Shown: in pieces, positions 13,027-23,130 of the stretch
How the letters are laid out: each line of letters starts with the position of its first letter
Numbering within the stretch: the first letter of the stretch is position 1
Assembly: GCA_041489255.1 (NCBI GenBank)
Contig: JBGPQV010000009.1
Span: 1-64,000, forward strand
DNA length: 64,000 nucleotides
From: Thermoplasmata archaeon
Lineage (GTDB): Archaea > Thermoplasmatota > Thermoplasmata > RBG-16-68-12 > JAFNFQ01
Direction of reading: 5' to 3'
Position numbers and translations under genes: made by a program
Notes under the pieces: generated by a model
What the model was told of the DNA's origin: nothing
What the model saw: the letters and a program-made list of their open reading frames with translations, nothing else
The model's database searches: none

Positions 13027-16000
13027 TCAGGAGTTATGGCTGGAGACGACCTCACTTTCGTCGAACTGCACGCCGAGCTTCTCCGCCACCTTCCTGAGCT
13101 CACTCTCCTTCTTGCGGAGCTTCTCCTCGCGATTCAGTATCTCCATTGCCTTCTTCTGGACTATCTTGACGCGGCTCTCGATGTCACGCCGCCATTCTTC
13201 CATCTCCGCGGTCGACGCCGTGTCTTTCACAGCTTCCGCGAGCTTCTCTTTCAGCTTCACGACCTCTGCCTGCGTCTTATTCGCCTTCTCCGCGAGTTCC
13301 TCCCGTTCTTTTTCGAGCGAGCGTTCCCTTTCCTGGACAAGGTCGTCCCTGGTCTGGATTCTGTCTTCTGCCTCGGTGATCTTGACCTCTCTCGTCCTCA
13401 GTTTCTCCTCTTTGTCGAGGAGCTCCATCGCCTTCTTCTGGAGGAACTTCATGTTCTTCTGGAGCTCCTTCTGCATGTTCTCCGCCTCGGTCTTCTCTTT
13501 CTCGGCCCTGGCACGTAGGCTCAATGCTTCTTCGCGTGCCTTGTGCGCCTGTGCGCGGCTTGATTGCGCTTCCTCCACCCTGCTCTCGAGCTCCTTGCGT
13601 TCTCTGTCGACGTCCTCCATGTTCCGCCGGACCTCGACTTCCAGCTTGGAGAGGATCGAATCGCGCTTGGTGATGTCCTTCTGGATGCTGATGATGAACT
13701 GCTCGCGCGATTTGACATCAGACTCCTTGTTCCGCAGGTCTTCGGTCATGTTCTCCAGGCGCTGGAAATCGGCCGTGAGGGCCTGCTCCCGCTGAGCGAT
13801 ATCTGCCAGTCTAGCCTGGGTGTTCGTTTCTCTCTCTTCTAGTTCAGCGCGATGGGCCTCGAGCTCCGAGGACGACGCCGAAAGGCACTTGGCCTCCTGT
13901 TCCAGCGAGGAGCGCTTGGTCGCCAGTTCCTCGGAGGTCTTCGAAAGGCTGTTCTCCAATGCCACTAGCCTCGCCTCGCGGGCCTGAATCTCGCTCGTTG
14001 CAGATTGGATTCTGACCTCCCTCGATCCGAGCCTCCTCGCGGCCTCGTTCAGCTGGGACACCTGAGCCTCCGCCGCACGCTCAGCTTTCTCCGCAGCAAG
14101 GCGGCGCTCCTCCAGCCGCGCCTCCATCTCCCTGATCTCTTCTGCGTGCCGCTTCATCATGTTCTCTAGTTCTGTCGCGACATACGCCCGGCGCTGCGCT
14201 TCCTCGATTAGCTTCTCCGAGCGTTGCGTTTGCTCGGACACGTCCTGCCTGGACGCTTCGAGCTGGTTGAATTCTTTCTCCTTGGATGCAGCCCATGCTG
14301 CCCTCTCCGCATCCAGTGCCTGCCGGTCGTGCGAAATCTTCGCCTCTCGAGCCGCGAGGCTCTTGTCGAATTCGGAAAGCTCGAGGGCCTTGGCGCTAAG
14401 CCTATCTTGGAGCGCGGCTGATTCCCGCTCGAGGCGCTCTTGGTCCGACTTGAGCTCTGCCTCCTTCGCGGCGAGCGACTGCCGAACCACCCCTGCCTCG
14501 GCGTGGAGTCGCCCTGACTCGTCGGCCTGCCTGACAGTTGCTTGGGTGAAATCGATCTCCCTGGTCTCCAGCAGTTTCGCAGTGGCATCGAGGTCGGCCT
14601 CTTCCCTCGCGAGCCTATCCTCGCGTTCCTTGAGGGTGGACTGTGCCGACGCTGCGCCAGCCTCCTTTCCCGCCAACTCGCGCGACCTCGCCTCCAAGGC
14701 TTTGGCCATCTTGTTCAATTCGCTCTCTCGCTCGCTGACCTGTAGAACGCGGGCAGAAACCTCCTCGTCGAAATGCGCGTTCCTCGACGCCAGCTCAGCC
14801 TCGGCATTCTTCAGCATATCCGCGCGCTTGGCGAATTCGTCTGAAAGCCTTGTCGCCTCTTCGCGAAGCGCCCGCTCTCTCTGCTCGAGTTCGGATGCGC
14901 GCTCGTCAGCAATCTTCTTCGCGGCCTCCGCTGCCGTCTGCGCTTCCGTCGCAGCTTGCATGGCCTGCTTGACCTCGTTCTCGCAGCGCGCCAGATCATC
15001 CTTCGCGCGGTCGATGCGCGATTGATTGGTCTGAATTCTCATCTGTTGTTCCGCGAGGTTTGCTTCGTGTTTCTCGATTTCGCGCAGGCGGTTCTCGAGC
15101 GTTTCCTGCTGCTCCTTCATCTCTTGATCGAAGGCGTCATGCTGCTGATGCAGCAGAACCTGCTGCGACTCCATCGTTTCCTGCCAAGAGCGGAACTCCT
15201 CGGCCTTGCGGGCCTCAATCTCGAGAATCGTGGCGGCCTTCGCCTCGAGGGTCTTCGAAACCTTTTCATTCTCCTGCTCGCGAGCTGCGAGTTCAGCGTG
15301 CGCCTTCGCGATCTTCTCCGCCTCCTCCTTGAGATCGGCCTCCTGTGAAGTGAGCTGGGAGAGGAGGAGTGCATGCTCCTCGGATTGACTTTGAAGCTGC
15401 TCCTCCTTGTCATGCAATGATTGCTCCTTGGATTCGAATTCGATTTCCTTGGCGGCGATGGACTCGCTCTTTCCCCGCCATTCGGCGTCGAATTCCTTCC
15501 TTGCTGATTCGATCTCGTGCTGCTCCGCCCCTAGGGTCTTCTCCTGCTCGACTAGGGACATTTCCATTCGTTCGATCCCCTGAGCCCGCTTGTCGAGAGA
15601 GGCTTTCAAAGCCTCCATCTCATGCGTTTCCCGTTCCACGACCTGTTCCTGCTGCTTCAGTCGGTTCTGCCACTGGGAGAAGCTCGCCACCTTCGTGCGA
15701 ATCGAGGCGGCTTCCCGCTCGAGCTTGGTCATCGTCGTCGTGGTCACATCGAGCGCTCCCTCGAACGCCTTCGATCGCGCTCTCAGCGAATCCCATTTCG
15801 CCTGGAGTTCTCTGTTCGAGTCCTCCAAATTGTTTTCGGCAGTCCTGGCGGCTCTGAGCCGTATCTTCACGTTCTCGTCGAACTTGTCCTGGACATTCAC
15901 GAGCATCTCGCGCGCAAACTCCACCTGCTCCATCGAGACGGGTCCGTAAGCCAGCAGGCACACGGCCAGCGCGTCCCCCTGTACGGTCTGCGCGTGGTAC

Positions 16001-19000
16001 TTCTCCACCTTGACGGCCTTCTCCACGGCGTCCAGCGCTCCCGCCTGCGAAACCTGTTCGTAGGTGACCTCGCAGCGCGGGTCCAAGGTGAATTCCCTGA
16101 GCAGTCTCCTTCTGTCGTCCACAAGGAAGGCCTTCGCGGGCCTCCAGCGCGCTCTTTGCGCTATCATTCCAACCACCAAGAGTATTCCGAACGGGATTAC
16201 CGCCAGCGTGTAGGGGCTCCTCCACCACACCGGGCTGAAGGAGATTCTCACGGATTGAGACGCGGTGGCGGTTCCATCGGATATCGTGACTGTGAAGACG
16301 GTGTCGGTCTGACCCGCCGGGAACGCGATGGTCAGGACGCGGCCGTTTGCCGTGACATAAGGACTGTCCGTTGTCGCGAAGATTTCAGACATGTTCGTGT
16401 CGACGTCGGAGATATAAGGAGTGAGATCGAGGGTGATTGTGGCTCCGTCGTCGATTTGGAGTTCCGCGATCGGCGCCAGGACAGGGGGATCGTTGACTGG
16501 CAAGACGATGACGAGGAATGTTGCTTCCGCGAACGCGCCGGAAGGATCAGTCACCCTGAGGCGGAGGGTCTCTGGACCAAACCAATCCCGGGGCGCCCAG
16601 AAGTCAACCGTGAGGTCGGCGTTTATTTCGAACAAGACACGCGTCGCGCCGAGAACTGTGAATGTGAGCGGGTCGCCGTCGCGGTCAAAGAAGTAGAAGG
16701 CCGGGGATCCGCCGAAGGCATCGAGCCTGACGGTATCCTCATCGAATGAGACAGTCGGGATTGCAGAAAGAGCGATTGGCGCGTCGTTGACGGGTCGTAC
16801 TGTGACAGGGAACGACCCCTCAGCGAAGCTGCCAGAGGGGTCAGTAGCGCGGACACGGAGGTTCTCCAAGCCGGACCAATTCGCCGCTGCCCACAAGTCC
16901 ACAGTTCCATCCGGATTGATCCGAGAGCTAACTTGGACGCCTCCCAGAACTATCAACGTCAGCGGGTCTCCATCAACATCGAAGAAATGGGTCGTCGCGG
17001 CCCCTCCGAAGGCGTTAATCGCGACCGCATCTTCGTCGAAGGCAATCGCTGAGAACTGCGCGATCAGGACCGGCGGATCGTTGACAGGGCGCACTGTGAC
17101 TGTGAACAGCGCCTCAGCAGAACTTCCGTTGGGATCAGTCGCCCGGACGAGCAGAGTCTCGGAGCCGTCCCAGTTCGCCGTTGCCCAAAAGTCGACGGTG
17201 AGGTTCGCATTGATTCGGGTCGAGACCTGAACGCCCCCCAATATCGTGAACGAGAGTGGGTCGCCATTTCTATCGAAGAAGAATGCCGAGATTGGTCCGG
17301 CGAACGCATCAAGAGTGACCGTGTCCTCGTCAAACGTGATATCCGGAATCGGAGAAAGGAGAACGGGCGCGTGGTTCACGGGCATAACCGTGACGACGAA
17401 TGGGCCCTCCGCAAAGTCGCCTGAGGAATCGGTCGCGCGCACCCTCAACGTTTCTGAGCCGGACCAGTTCGTCGCGCCCCACAGGTGCACGGTTCCGTTG
17501 GGATTGATTATGGAGCTGATATTGACGCCCCCGAGTATTGAGATGATTAACGGGTCTCCGTCCGCGTCATAGAAGTTGCTGGTGGCGTTTCCCCCGAAAG
17601 CGTCGAGCGCTGTTGAGTTCTCATTGAAGGAGATTGCAGGGAAAGGCGTCACAAGGACTGGCGGATCGTTCACGGACCGCACGATGACGAGGAACACACT
17701 CTCCGCGAATCCGCCGGAGGGGTCCATAGCCCTCAGGCGCAGAGTCTCAGAACCGAACCAGTTCATGGGTGCCCAGAAGTCGATCGTGTCGTCTGCGTTG
17801 ACCTGCGAGGAAATGTTTGCCGCGTCTAGGACTGCGAATGACTGCGGATCACCGTCAGGGTCGTTGAAGAACGCGGTGCCGGGTGCACCGAGCCCGTTGA
17901 CGGCGACAGTGTCCTCATCGAAGATGACGGTCGGGATTGGGGAAATGAGGACTGGCGGACTCTGAGCTGACGCAATGATCCGAATCACTCTCCACGCTGT
18001 GTCAGTGCCATCCGAGACCCACAGAGTGACCATGAACATGCCCGGAGAGCCATATGTCACATCGAGGAAGGGATACGCGCCCGGGTTTGCTGTGACATTG
18101 GCTGGGTCAGAATCCCAGACGGCAAGTGCCGCAAGTGGTGTGTCCGGGTCCGTAACATAGAACGTGAGGTTGAGGGTGTATGTCACAGCGACGCGGACAT
18201 GCAGGTCCGGAATCGGTGCGATCGAAGGCGGTCTGGATCCGATGATATAGCTGCCTACGCCCTGTTCCTCGTCCCAGCCTGTAAGGTTGACATGATCAAT
18301 CGCAACCGCGCGCAGGGTGACCCCGTTGATGGGGACGCCTGGGTTCCACAGACATGAGCCGTCAATCGTGAAGTCAGATCCAATCGTATGCCATGAGCCG
18401 TCGAAGTAAGTGAAGTCAATGCGCACGACATCGGAATCCGTCGTGTATCCGATCGTGAGCGTCCCGTCCACTGCTTGGTTGTCCACCACGGCTCCGATCG
18501 TGATTGTGGGCGGCGTGTTGTCGACATCGATCGGGGAGACGATAGTCATGTTCGTGGCCGTCACGTTATTCGTCACTGTGGCAAGGAGGCTGCCGCTCAC
18601 GAAGTTCAGTCCAGAGGTATCCCAGTAATAGGTGCCATTGAGGGTTGCGGTGCTCCCAATAGGTGTCCAAACCATCCCATCATTGTAGTCGAACTGGACC
18701 GAGATAGAGTCCGTGCTGTTCGTATACACTATTGGCACGACGCCCGTCAGGAGTGACCCCGATGCAGGGGAGCTGATCGCTATCCACGGTGGTGTGCCGA
18801 GAATCACATGGATTTGCGCTGTCCCGATGATCGGTCCGAAGGAAGCTTGCAGGGTCCCGTTGGCGGCGGGCGGGTTGGATGTGAAAAGAACGTCTTGTCC
18901 CCATGAAATGTTGAGGCTGCCGACACCACCACCGACAGCCCATGTGAAGTTCACGCCGGGTATGGCGTTGTTGTATGAATCGTACGCCTGTGCGTTGAAA

Positions 19001-21408
19001 ATCTGAGACGCGAATGCTTGCATTGTGACGTTGTCCGGCGTGACGATTATGCGGTTCACGGGGCCGGGCGAGACGGTGATGTTGTCGCTGAGACCGGTGA
19101 CGGTGCTGAAGTTAGAGAAGATTCTGATAGTTTCTGCTTTGGTGTACGTCTCTGTTGCCAAGGTGGCGGCACCGCCCGCTGGAATCACGAGCGATGTTGT
19201 ACCCAAGACACCCCCGCCAGGTGTTATCCCGTCTGGGAGGCGAGCCTCCAGGGCGACAATGCCTGTCCAGGAGGTCATCGTCGCGTTCAAGATATCTTTC
19301 GCGGTCACAGTGACCGCGAACGGTGCTCCGGCGACCGCGGACGACGGGGCGGTCACGTAGAAGTGGTCGAGCCGGTGGGTGTAAGTAAGCCGGATTTCCT
19401 CAAGCACGGGAGTGATCAGGGTGTTGGCCGTGGATAGACTGGCTCGGAAACGGATCTTTCCAGTCGCGATGCTTGCGGTCCGGAGATTCGCGGGTGGCGT
19501 GACAGCTATCCATGTACTGCCGGAGTCGAGGGAGTATTGGTACGAAATCGTCTGGCCATTGAGATTCTCCACAACTGTGAAGTTACCCCAAGCGGAGAGA
19601 TCCGCCGGCACGAGGTCGTTTGTCTCGATTGTCCCTGCCGGTGGATAACGGAAATAGGATATGTTCACATCCCCTATGACTGGCATATGCCCCGGGTTGG
19701 TGACCGAGAGAAAGAGGCGGTAATCGACCCACCGCGAACTCCCTGTCATCGGGGAAGCCGATGAACTCGGGTATGGCGCGGACCATCCAGACCATGTGGC
19801 GTCCACAGGATTCGTGTCTCCGATGCGGGTTTGAACAGTGACCGTTGCGTCATTGGGCAGAATGAAGCGAATATAATCCACGTCAACTGGGAGTGCGGTG
19901 CCGGAGAATCCATCGGTAACGAAGAACGCAGCTCGGACTCCGAGCGTATACTCGAACGAGGGTGTATATGTGTCCCGGACGGTCCATGCGGCACCGTTCG
20001 TGCTGGTCGAAGCGGTAAATGTGTTTCCCACGCGCCGGATTCGGACCCACGCGGGGACGGGGTTGCCGCTGGCGACGTCTACGCGGACCGTAGTGGCGGC
20101 ATCGTCCGTCGCATAAACCCTCCAGTTCCTCGGTCCGCCCACATTCGTCTTCGATATGCTGTACCAATTATGGTTGTCAACGAGGATCATGAGGCCAGAT
20201 TTCTGGCCATTCACAGCGGGGTTCACGCTGTATTTCATAATGGCGGTGAAATCCCCGACGAGTCTCTCCGAGAGGACATTGCCTGTGAACGTCCCGTCAG
20301 TGAAGTCAGTCCCGGTACTCGAGACGACATGGAGGCTCCCGGGCGTGGTCACGCCGACGTCATACGAGGACGGCGGGTTAGTCCACGCCCATTTCGGGTC
20401 TAAGGACGCGCCATTGAACTCATCCGAGGCGAGGTCTCGGACCGACGGGTTCCACGAGATGTTCTTCCATGCGGCTATGGTTCCTGGGCCGCCCACCTTG
20501 GAGATGTACTCGGCAGTGGCCCCGACCACTCTGTACCAGATCTCCAGCTTCGGACGTCGGGTCGAGTCGATTGCGTAGTCTGAGGAGTAGAAAGTCTTGT
20601 CCGAGTCTGCCCCGGGGTTCGGTCCTTCGATCAGCAGGCCGTAGTTGGGCAGCCGCCCACGGTGCCATAGGTCGACAAGCTGGGTGACGTTCCAGGTCCT
20701 CCAGCCAGCTGTGTTGTCGATGAACGTCTGGTCGATCACGCGCCCGCTGAAATCGCCGCCCGAGGTCCCCCATTTGATTCCGGTGAGCCGATCGTTCCAC
20801 GTCACTTGGGCCTCGTTCCACTGTGCAACCACATGGTGGAGGCTCGCGGTGAAGGAGTTGCCGAATCCCGCGCTCTGGTAGAGGCTTAATCTCGCGCCGT
20901 CAATCACTGCGCTCGCGGGAATCGCGGAAATGTCGAACCGGAGAATCGGCTGAGCGTCGGGGTTGCGGCCATCGAGGACGAGTGTGGTGCCGGCCCCGTG
21001 GTTGAGGTCCGGGTTCGTCTTCTCTAGCCACGCGTCTTCCCCGGTCGCCCCGGGCTGGAGGGTCAGGAGGGTGCCAGGCCCCGAAGGAATCGCCATTGCG
21101 ACATCCCCTGGCCACCGATTGAGATCGATGTTGGTCGCGCTGTCCGGGCCGGAGAAGTCCGCTTGGGTCGTGCTGTTCCACCAGAAGGTGGGCTGGCGCT
21201 CGAGGGTTGCATTGCTGCCCAGGATTTCCGTGTTCGTGAAGGTGTAGTCCGCAGGGTTCGTGAAGTTCCAGACAGCGTCTGATGTGCCGTCGGGATTGTC
21301 CGTGATCGACGGGTCCGCGGAAACGTGGCGGGAAAAGGGGGTAAGCGACGCCGCAGGAGCCAGCAAGACCATGCTGATTGCTAGGGCGCGCACCAAGTCG
21401 GTTCTCAT
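13027..21408 (-). CDS. Giant single-pass membrane protein: DNRLRE-like, lectin-like, Ig-like and cadherin-like ectodomain, TM, very long cytoplasmic coiled coil
   Basis: Signal peptide; EDAWL..NPDLNHG / NYGLLI / RRPKL; about 6 repeats of ~98 aa with VNDxP and DxDGD; TM near 16160-16215; E/K/A/R/Q-rich heptads from ~15880 to the end. Confidence 0.8.
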   Translation of the reverse strand: MRTDLVRALAISMVLLAPAASLTPFSRHVSADPSITDNPDGTSDAVWNFTNPADYTFTNTEILGSNATLERQPTFWWNSTTQADFSGPDSATNIDLNRWPGDVAMAIPSGPGTLLTLQPGATGEDAWLEKTNPDLNHGAGTTLVLDGRNPDAQPILRFDISAIPASAVIDGARLSLYQSAGFGNSFTASLHHVVAQWNEAQVTWNDRLTGIKWGTSGGDFSGRVIDQTFIDNTAGWRTWNVTQLVDLWHRGRLPNYGLLIEGPNPGADSDKTFYSSDYAIDSTRRPKLEIWYRVVGATAEYISKVGGPGTIAAWKNISWNPSVRDLASDEFNGASLDPKWAWTNPPSSYDVGVTTPGSLHVVSSTGTDFTDGTFTGNVLSERLVGDFTAIMKYSVNPAVNGQKSGLMILVDNHNWYSISKTNVGGPRNWRVYATDDAATTVRVDVASGNPVPAWVRIRRVGNTFTASTSTNGAAWTVRDTYTPSFEYTLGVRAAFFVTDGFSGTALPVDVDYIRFILPNDATVTVQTRIGDTNPVDATWSGWSAPYPSSSASPMTGSSRWVDYRLFLSVTNPGHMPVIGDVNISYFRYPPAGTIETNDLVPADLSAWGNFTVVENLNGQTISYQYSLDSGSTWIAVTPPANLRTASIATGKIRFRASLSTANTLITPVLEEIRLTYTHRLDHFYVTAPSSAVAGAPFAVTVTAKDILNATMTSWTGIVALEARLPDGITPGGGVLGTTSLVIPAGGAATLATETYTKAETIRIFSNFSTVTGLSDNITVSPGPVNRIIVTPDNVTMQAFASQIFNAQAYDSYNNAIPGVNFTWAVGGGVGSLNISWGQDVLFTSNPPAANGTLQASFGPIIGTAQIHVILGTPPWIAISSPASGSLLTGVVPIVYTNSTDSISVQFDYNDGMVWTPIGSTATLNGTYYWDTSGLNFVSGSLLATVTNNVTATNMTIVSPIDVDNTPPTITIGAVVDNQAVDGTLTIGYTTDSDVVRIDFTYFDGSWHTIGSDFTIDGSCLWNPGVPINGVTLRAVAIDHVNLTGWDEEQGVGSYIIGSRPPSIAPIPDLHVRVAVTYTLNLTFYVTDPDTPLAALAVWDSDPANVTANPGAYPFLDVTYGSPGMFMVTLWVSDGTDTAWRVIRIIASAQSPPVLISPIPTVIFDEDTVAVNGLGAPGTAFFNDPDGDPQSFAVLDAANISSQVNADDTIDFWAPMNWFGSETLRLRAMDPSGGFAESVFLVIVRSVNDPPVLVTPFPAISFNENSTALDAFGGNATSNFYDADGDPLIISILGGVNISSIINPNGTVHLWGATNWSGSETLRVRATDSSGDFAEGPFVVTVMPVNHAPVLLSPIPDITFDEDTVTLDAFAGPISAFFFDRNGDPLSFTILGGVQVSTRINANLTVDFWATANWDGSETLLVRATDPNGSSAEALFTVTVRPVNDPPVLIAQFSAIAFDEDAVAINAFGGAATTHFFDVDGDPLTLIVLGGVQVSSRINPDGTVDLWAAANWSGLENLRVRATDPSGSFAEGSFPVTVRPVNDAPIALSAIPTVSFDEDTVRLDAFGGSPAFYFFDRDGDPLTFTVLGATRVLFEINADLTVDFWAPRDWFGPETLRLRVTDPSGAFAEATFLVIVLPVNDPPVLAPIAELQIDDGATITLDLTPYISDVDTNMSEIFATTDSPYVTANGRVLTIAFPAGQTDTVFTVTISDGTATASQSVRISFSPVWWRSPYTLAVIPFGILLVVGMIAQRARWRPAKAFLVDDRRRLLREFTLDPRCEVTYEQVSQAGALDAVEKAVKVEKYHAQTVQGDALAVCLLAYGPVSMEQVEFAREMLVNVQDKFDENVKIRLRAARTAENNLEDSNRELQAKWDSLRARSKAFEGALDVTTTTMTKLEREAASIRTKVASFSQWQNRLKQQEQVVERETHEMEALKASLDKRAQGIERMEMSLVEQEKTLGAEQHEIESARKEFDAEWRGKSESIAAKEIEFESKEQSLHDKEEQLQSQSEEHALLLSQLTSQEADLKEEAEKIAKAHAELAAREQENEKVSKTLEAKAATILEIEARKAEEFRSWQETMESQQVLLHQQHDAFDQEMKEQQETLENRLREIEKHEANLAEQQMRIQTNQSRIDRAKDDLARCENEVKQAMQAATEAQTAAEAAKKIADERASELEQRERALREEATRLSDEFAKRADMLKNAEAELASRNAHFDEEVSARVLQVSERESELNKMAKALEARSRELAGKEAGAASAQSTLKEREDRLAREEADLDATAKLLETREIDFTQATVRQADESGRLHAEAGVVRQSLAAKEAELKSDQERLERESAALQDRLSAKALELSEFDKSLAAREAKISHDRQALDAERAAWAASKEKEFNQLEASRQDVSEQTQRSEKLIEEAQRRAYVATELENMMKRHAEEIREMEARLEERRLAAEKAERAAEAQVSQLNEAARRLGSREVRIQSATSEIQAREARLVALENSLSKTSEELATKRSSLEQEAKCLSASSSELEAHRAELEERETNTQARLADIAQREQALTADFQRLENMTEDLRNKESDVKSREQFIISIQKDITKRDSILSKLEVEVRRNMEDVDRERKELESRVEEAQSSRAQAHKAREEALSLRARAEKEKTEAENMQKELQKNMKFLQKKAMELLDKEEKLRTREVKITEAEDRIQTRDDLVQERERSLEKEREELAEKANKTQAEVVKLKEKLAEAVKDTASTAEMEEWRRDIESRVKIVQKKAMEILNREEKLRKKESELRKVAEKLGVQFDESEVVSSHNS

Positions 21409-21663
21409 TGCGACGACTCCCCCTTTCATCCAGCAGTCGGGCTGCTGGGCTGGGAATCGCGATTTTACCTGCCTTCTTTCTATATAACAGGCGTCTGGTG
21501 GTTATCTCTTCAGAGAATCACCAGATGGAATCTCTCGAATATCGGCGGACCCCAAATCCGTCGATTCCCGCCATTTCCATTTGCGAGAACGGGATGATGG
21601 CGGGGCGGAAAAATGGATGGATGCAGGTCGTTGGCTACTCCTGCCGTCCTCCGTAGCGCAGGC

Positions 21664-21840
21664 CTATCCCATTTCCCTTCTCACCGTGATGGGTATGACG
21701 CCTTTCTGGAACTCCAGTTCCGCGATCGAGAGCGGGTCGATGATGGTCTTGGGGACATCGACCAAGACGGGTGCACCCATGGAGATTTGGAGTGCCCGTG
21801 CGCCCAGTATCCTTGCTCTCTCGAAGCGCGTGTATTTCAT
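21664..21840 (-). CDS. rpoK: DNA-directed RNA polymerase subunit K (Rpo6) (absent from ORF track)
   Basis: [27 protein letters not shown]...[17 protein letters not shown], 58 aa. Confidence 0.95.
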   Translation of the reverse strand: MKYTRFERARILGARALQISMGAPVLVDVPKTIIDPLSIAELEFQKGVIPITVRREMG

Positions 21841-22052
21841 CGACTGCCTCTGATGATGCTCCCTAATCGATACGTTGCTCGATACCGAACACTCGGTGCG
21901 GCTTTAGGGTTTCGGATTCTCCTCAATGGGCAGGTAGTACATGATTCTTGGCATTTGGGCATGGCTGAATCCCCCGCTTCTCTCTGGAGGAACAGAACTT
22001 GCCGATGGGCAAACCTATAAATGACCGGGTCACCTACTCAACGGAGATTACC

Positions 22053-22862
22053 TTGGATGCACAAATACCGCCCCCGGCTGAGAAGCCTGCACGCCGCGTT
22101 ATCCTGCCGGGCGACGAGGTTGCAGTGAGCGAGGAATACGAGTCGGGAGAGGGGACCTACGAGCGCGACGGGAAGATCTATGCGACCGCGCCGGGGATTC
22201 TGAACCTCGATGACGCGAGCAAGATCGCCCGGGTCAGGATGTTCAACCCTCCCGCGCAGCTCAAGGTCGGCGACATAGTGTACGCGACGGTGAGCGACAT
22301 CAGGAGTTCTATGGCGACGGCGCAAGTCGTCGTCCTCCATGGCGTCGACAGGCAGCTCAGCGGCGACACAGAAGCGGCAATTCACATCTCTAACGTCTCT
22401 TCCGATTACACCGAGGAGTTTAGGCAGGTGTTCTGCCTTGGGGACATCATCCGCGCCCAGGTGATCCAAGCTCAGCCTTCGCTCCAATTGACGACTGCCG
22501 GTCCGACATTGGGCGTCGTGAAGGCGCTATGTTCCGAGTGCAGGGGTCCCTTGGTGAGGAGAGGAAACGAGCTTTACTGCGAGAGGTGCGAACACAGCGA
22601 GCAGAGGAAGATCACGTCCGACTACGGCGACCTCACGCTCGATTCGCCAGCGAAGCAGATGAGCATCGCATTCTCCGGCGACCGCAGAGAGCGGAGGAGC
22701 GAGGGCAGAGGCGAAGGGCACGGGTACCGCGGAGGGGACAGGGGCGACAGCGGAGATCGGAGAGGCGGGAGAGGCCGAGGTCCCCCGCGGAGAGGTGGTT
22801 ACGAGCACCGTGGCGGTGGCGGGAGAGGCAGGCCGCCGAGGCGCGATGGCCCCAGGCACTGA
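22053..22862 (+). CDS. csl4: Exosome RNA-binding subunit Csl4 with RGG-rich C-terminal tail
   Basis: ILPGDEV..EEY..GEGTY, S1 domain, LGVVKALCSECRGPL...CERC zinc ribbon; TATA (CCTATAAA ~22015) places start at TTG 22053. Confidence 0.9.
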   Translation: MDAQIPPPAEKPARRVILPGDEVAVSEEYESGEGTYERDGKIYATAPGILNLDDASKIARVRMFNPPAQLKVGDIVYATVSDIRSSMATAQVVVLHGVDRQLSGDTEAAIHISNVSSDYTEEFRQVFCLGDIIRAQVIQAQPSLQLTTAGPTLGVVKALCSECRGPLVRRGNELYCERCEHSEQRKITSDYGDLTLDSPAKQMSIAFSGDRRERRSEGRGEGHGYRGGDRGDSGDRRGGRGRGPPRRGGYEHRGGGGRGRPPRRDGPRH

Positions 22863-22945
22863 GTGATGAGTGCGATAATCAGCACTATCATTCACAGCCA
22901 AAAGCATATGAACCCGCGAGGATATGCATAGGATGTAGGTAGCAG

Positions 22946-23110
22946 ATGCCGCAATCCACTGAGGAACTTCTACAGGAGCTCCAACGGCTCAGGACGGAGA
23001 TTCAGCAGCTGCGCGAGATGGTGAACGCGCTGTTCAACGCGGTCTTCGAGGACCTCGAGGAAGACTGGGACACGCTCCCGCACCGCGAAGACTTTAACGC
23101 CTACAACTGA
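22946..23110 (+). CDS. 54-aa coiled-coil small protein (absent from ORF track)
   Basis: MPQSTEELLQELQRLRTEIQQLREMVNALFNAVFEDLEEDWDTLPHREDFNAYN; host-like codon usage, fills the gap before glyA. Confidence 0.6.
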   Translation: MPQSTEELLQELQRLRTEIQQLREMVNALFNAVFEDLEEDWDTLPHREDFNAYN

Positions 23111-23130
23111 TGCCTTGCCGGCTTGACGGC

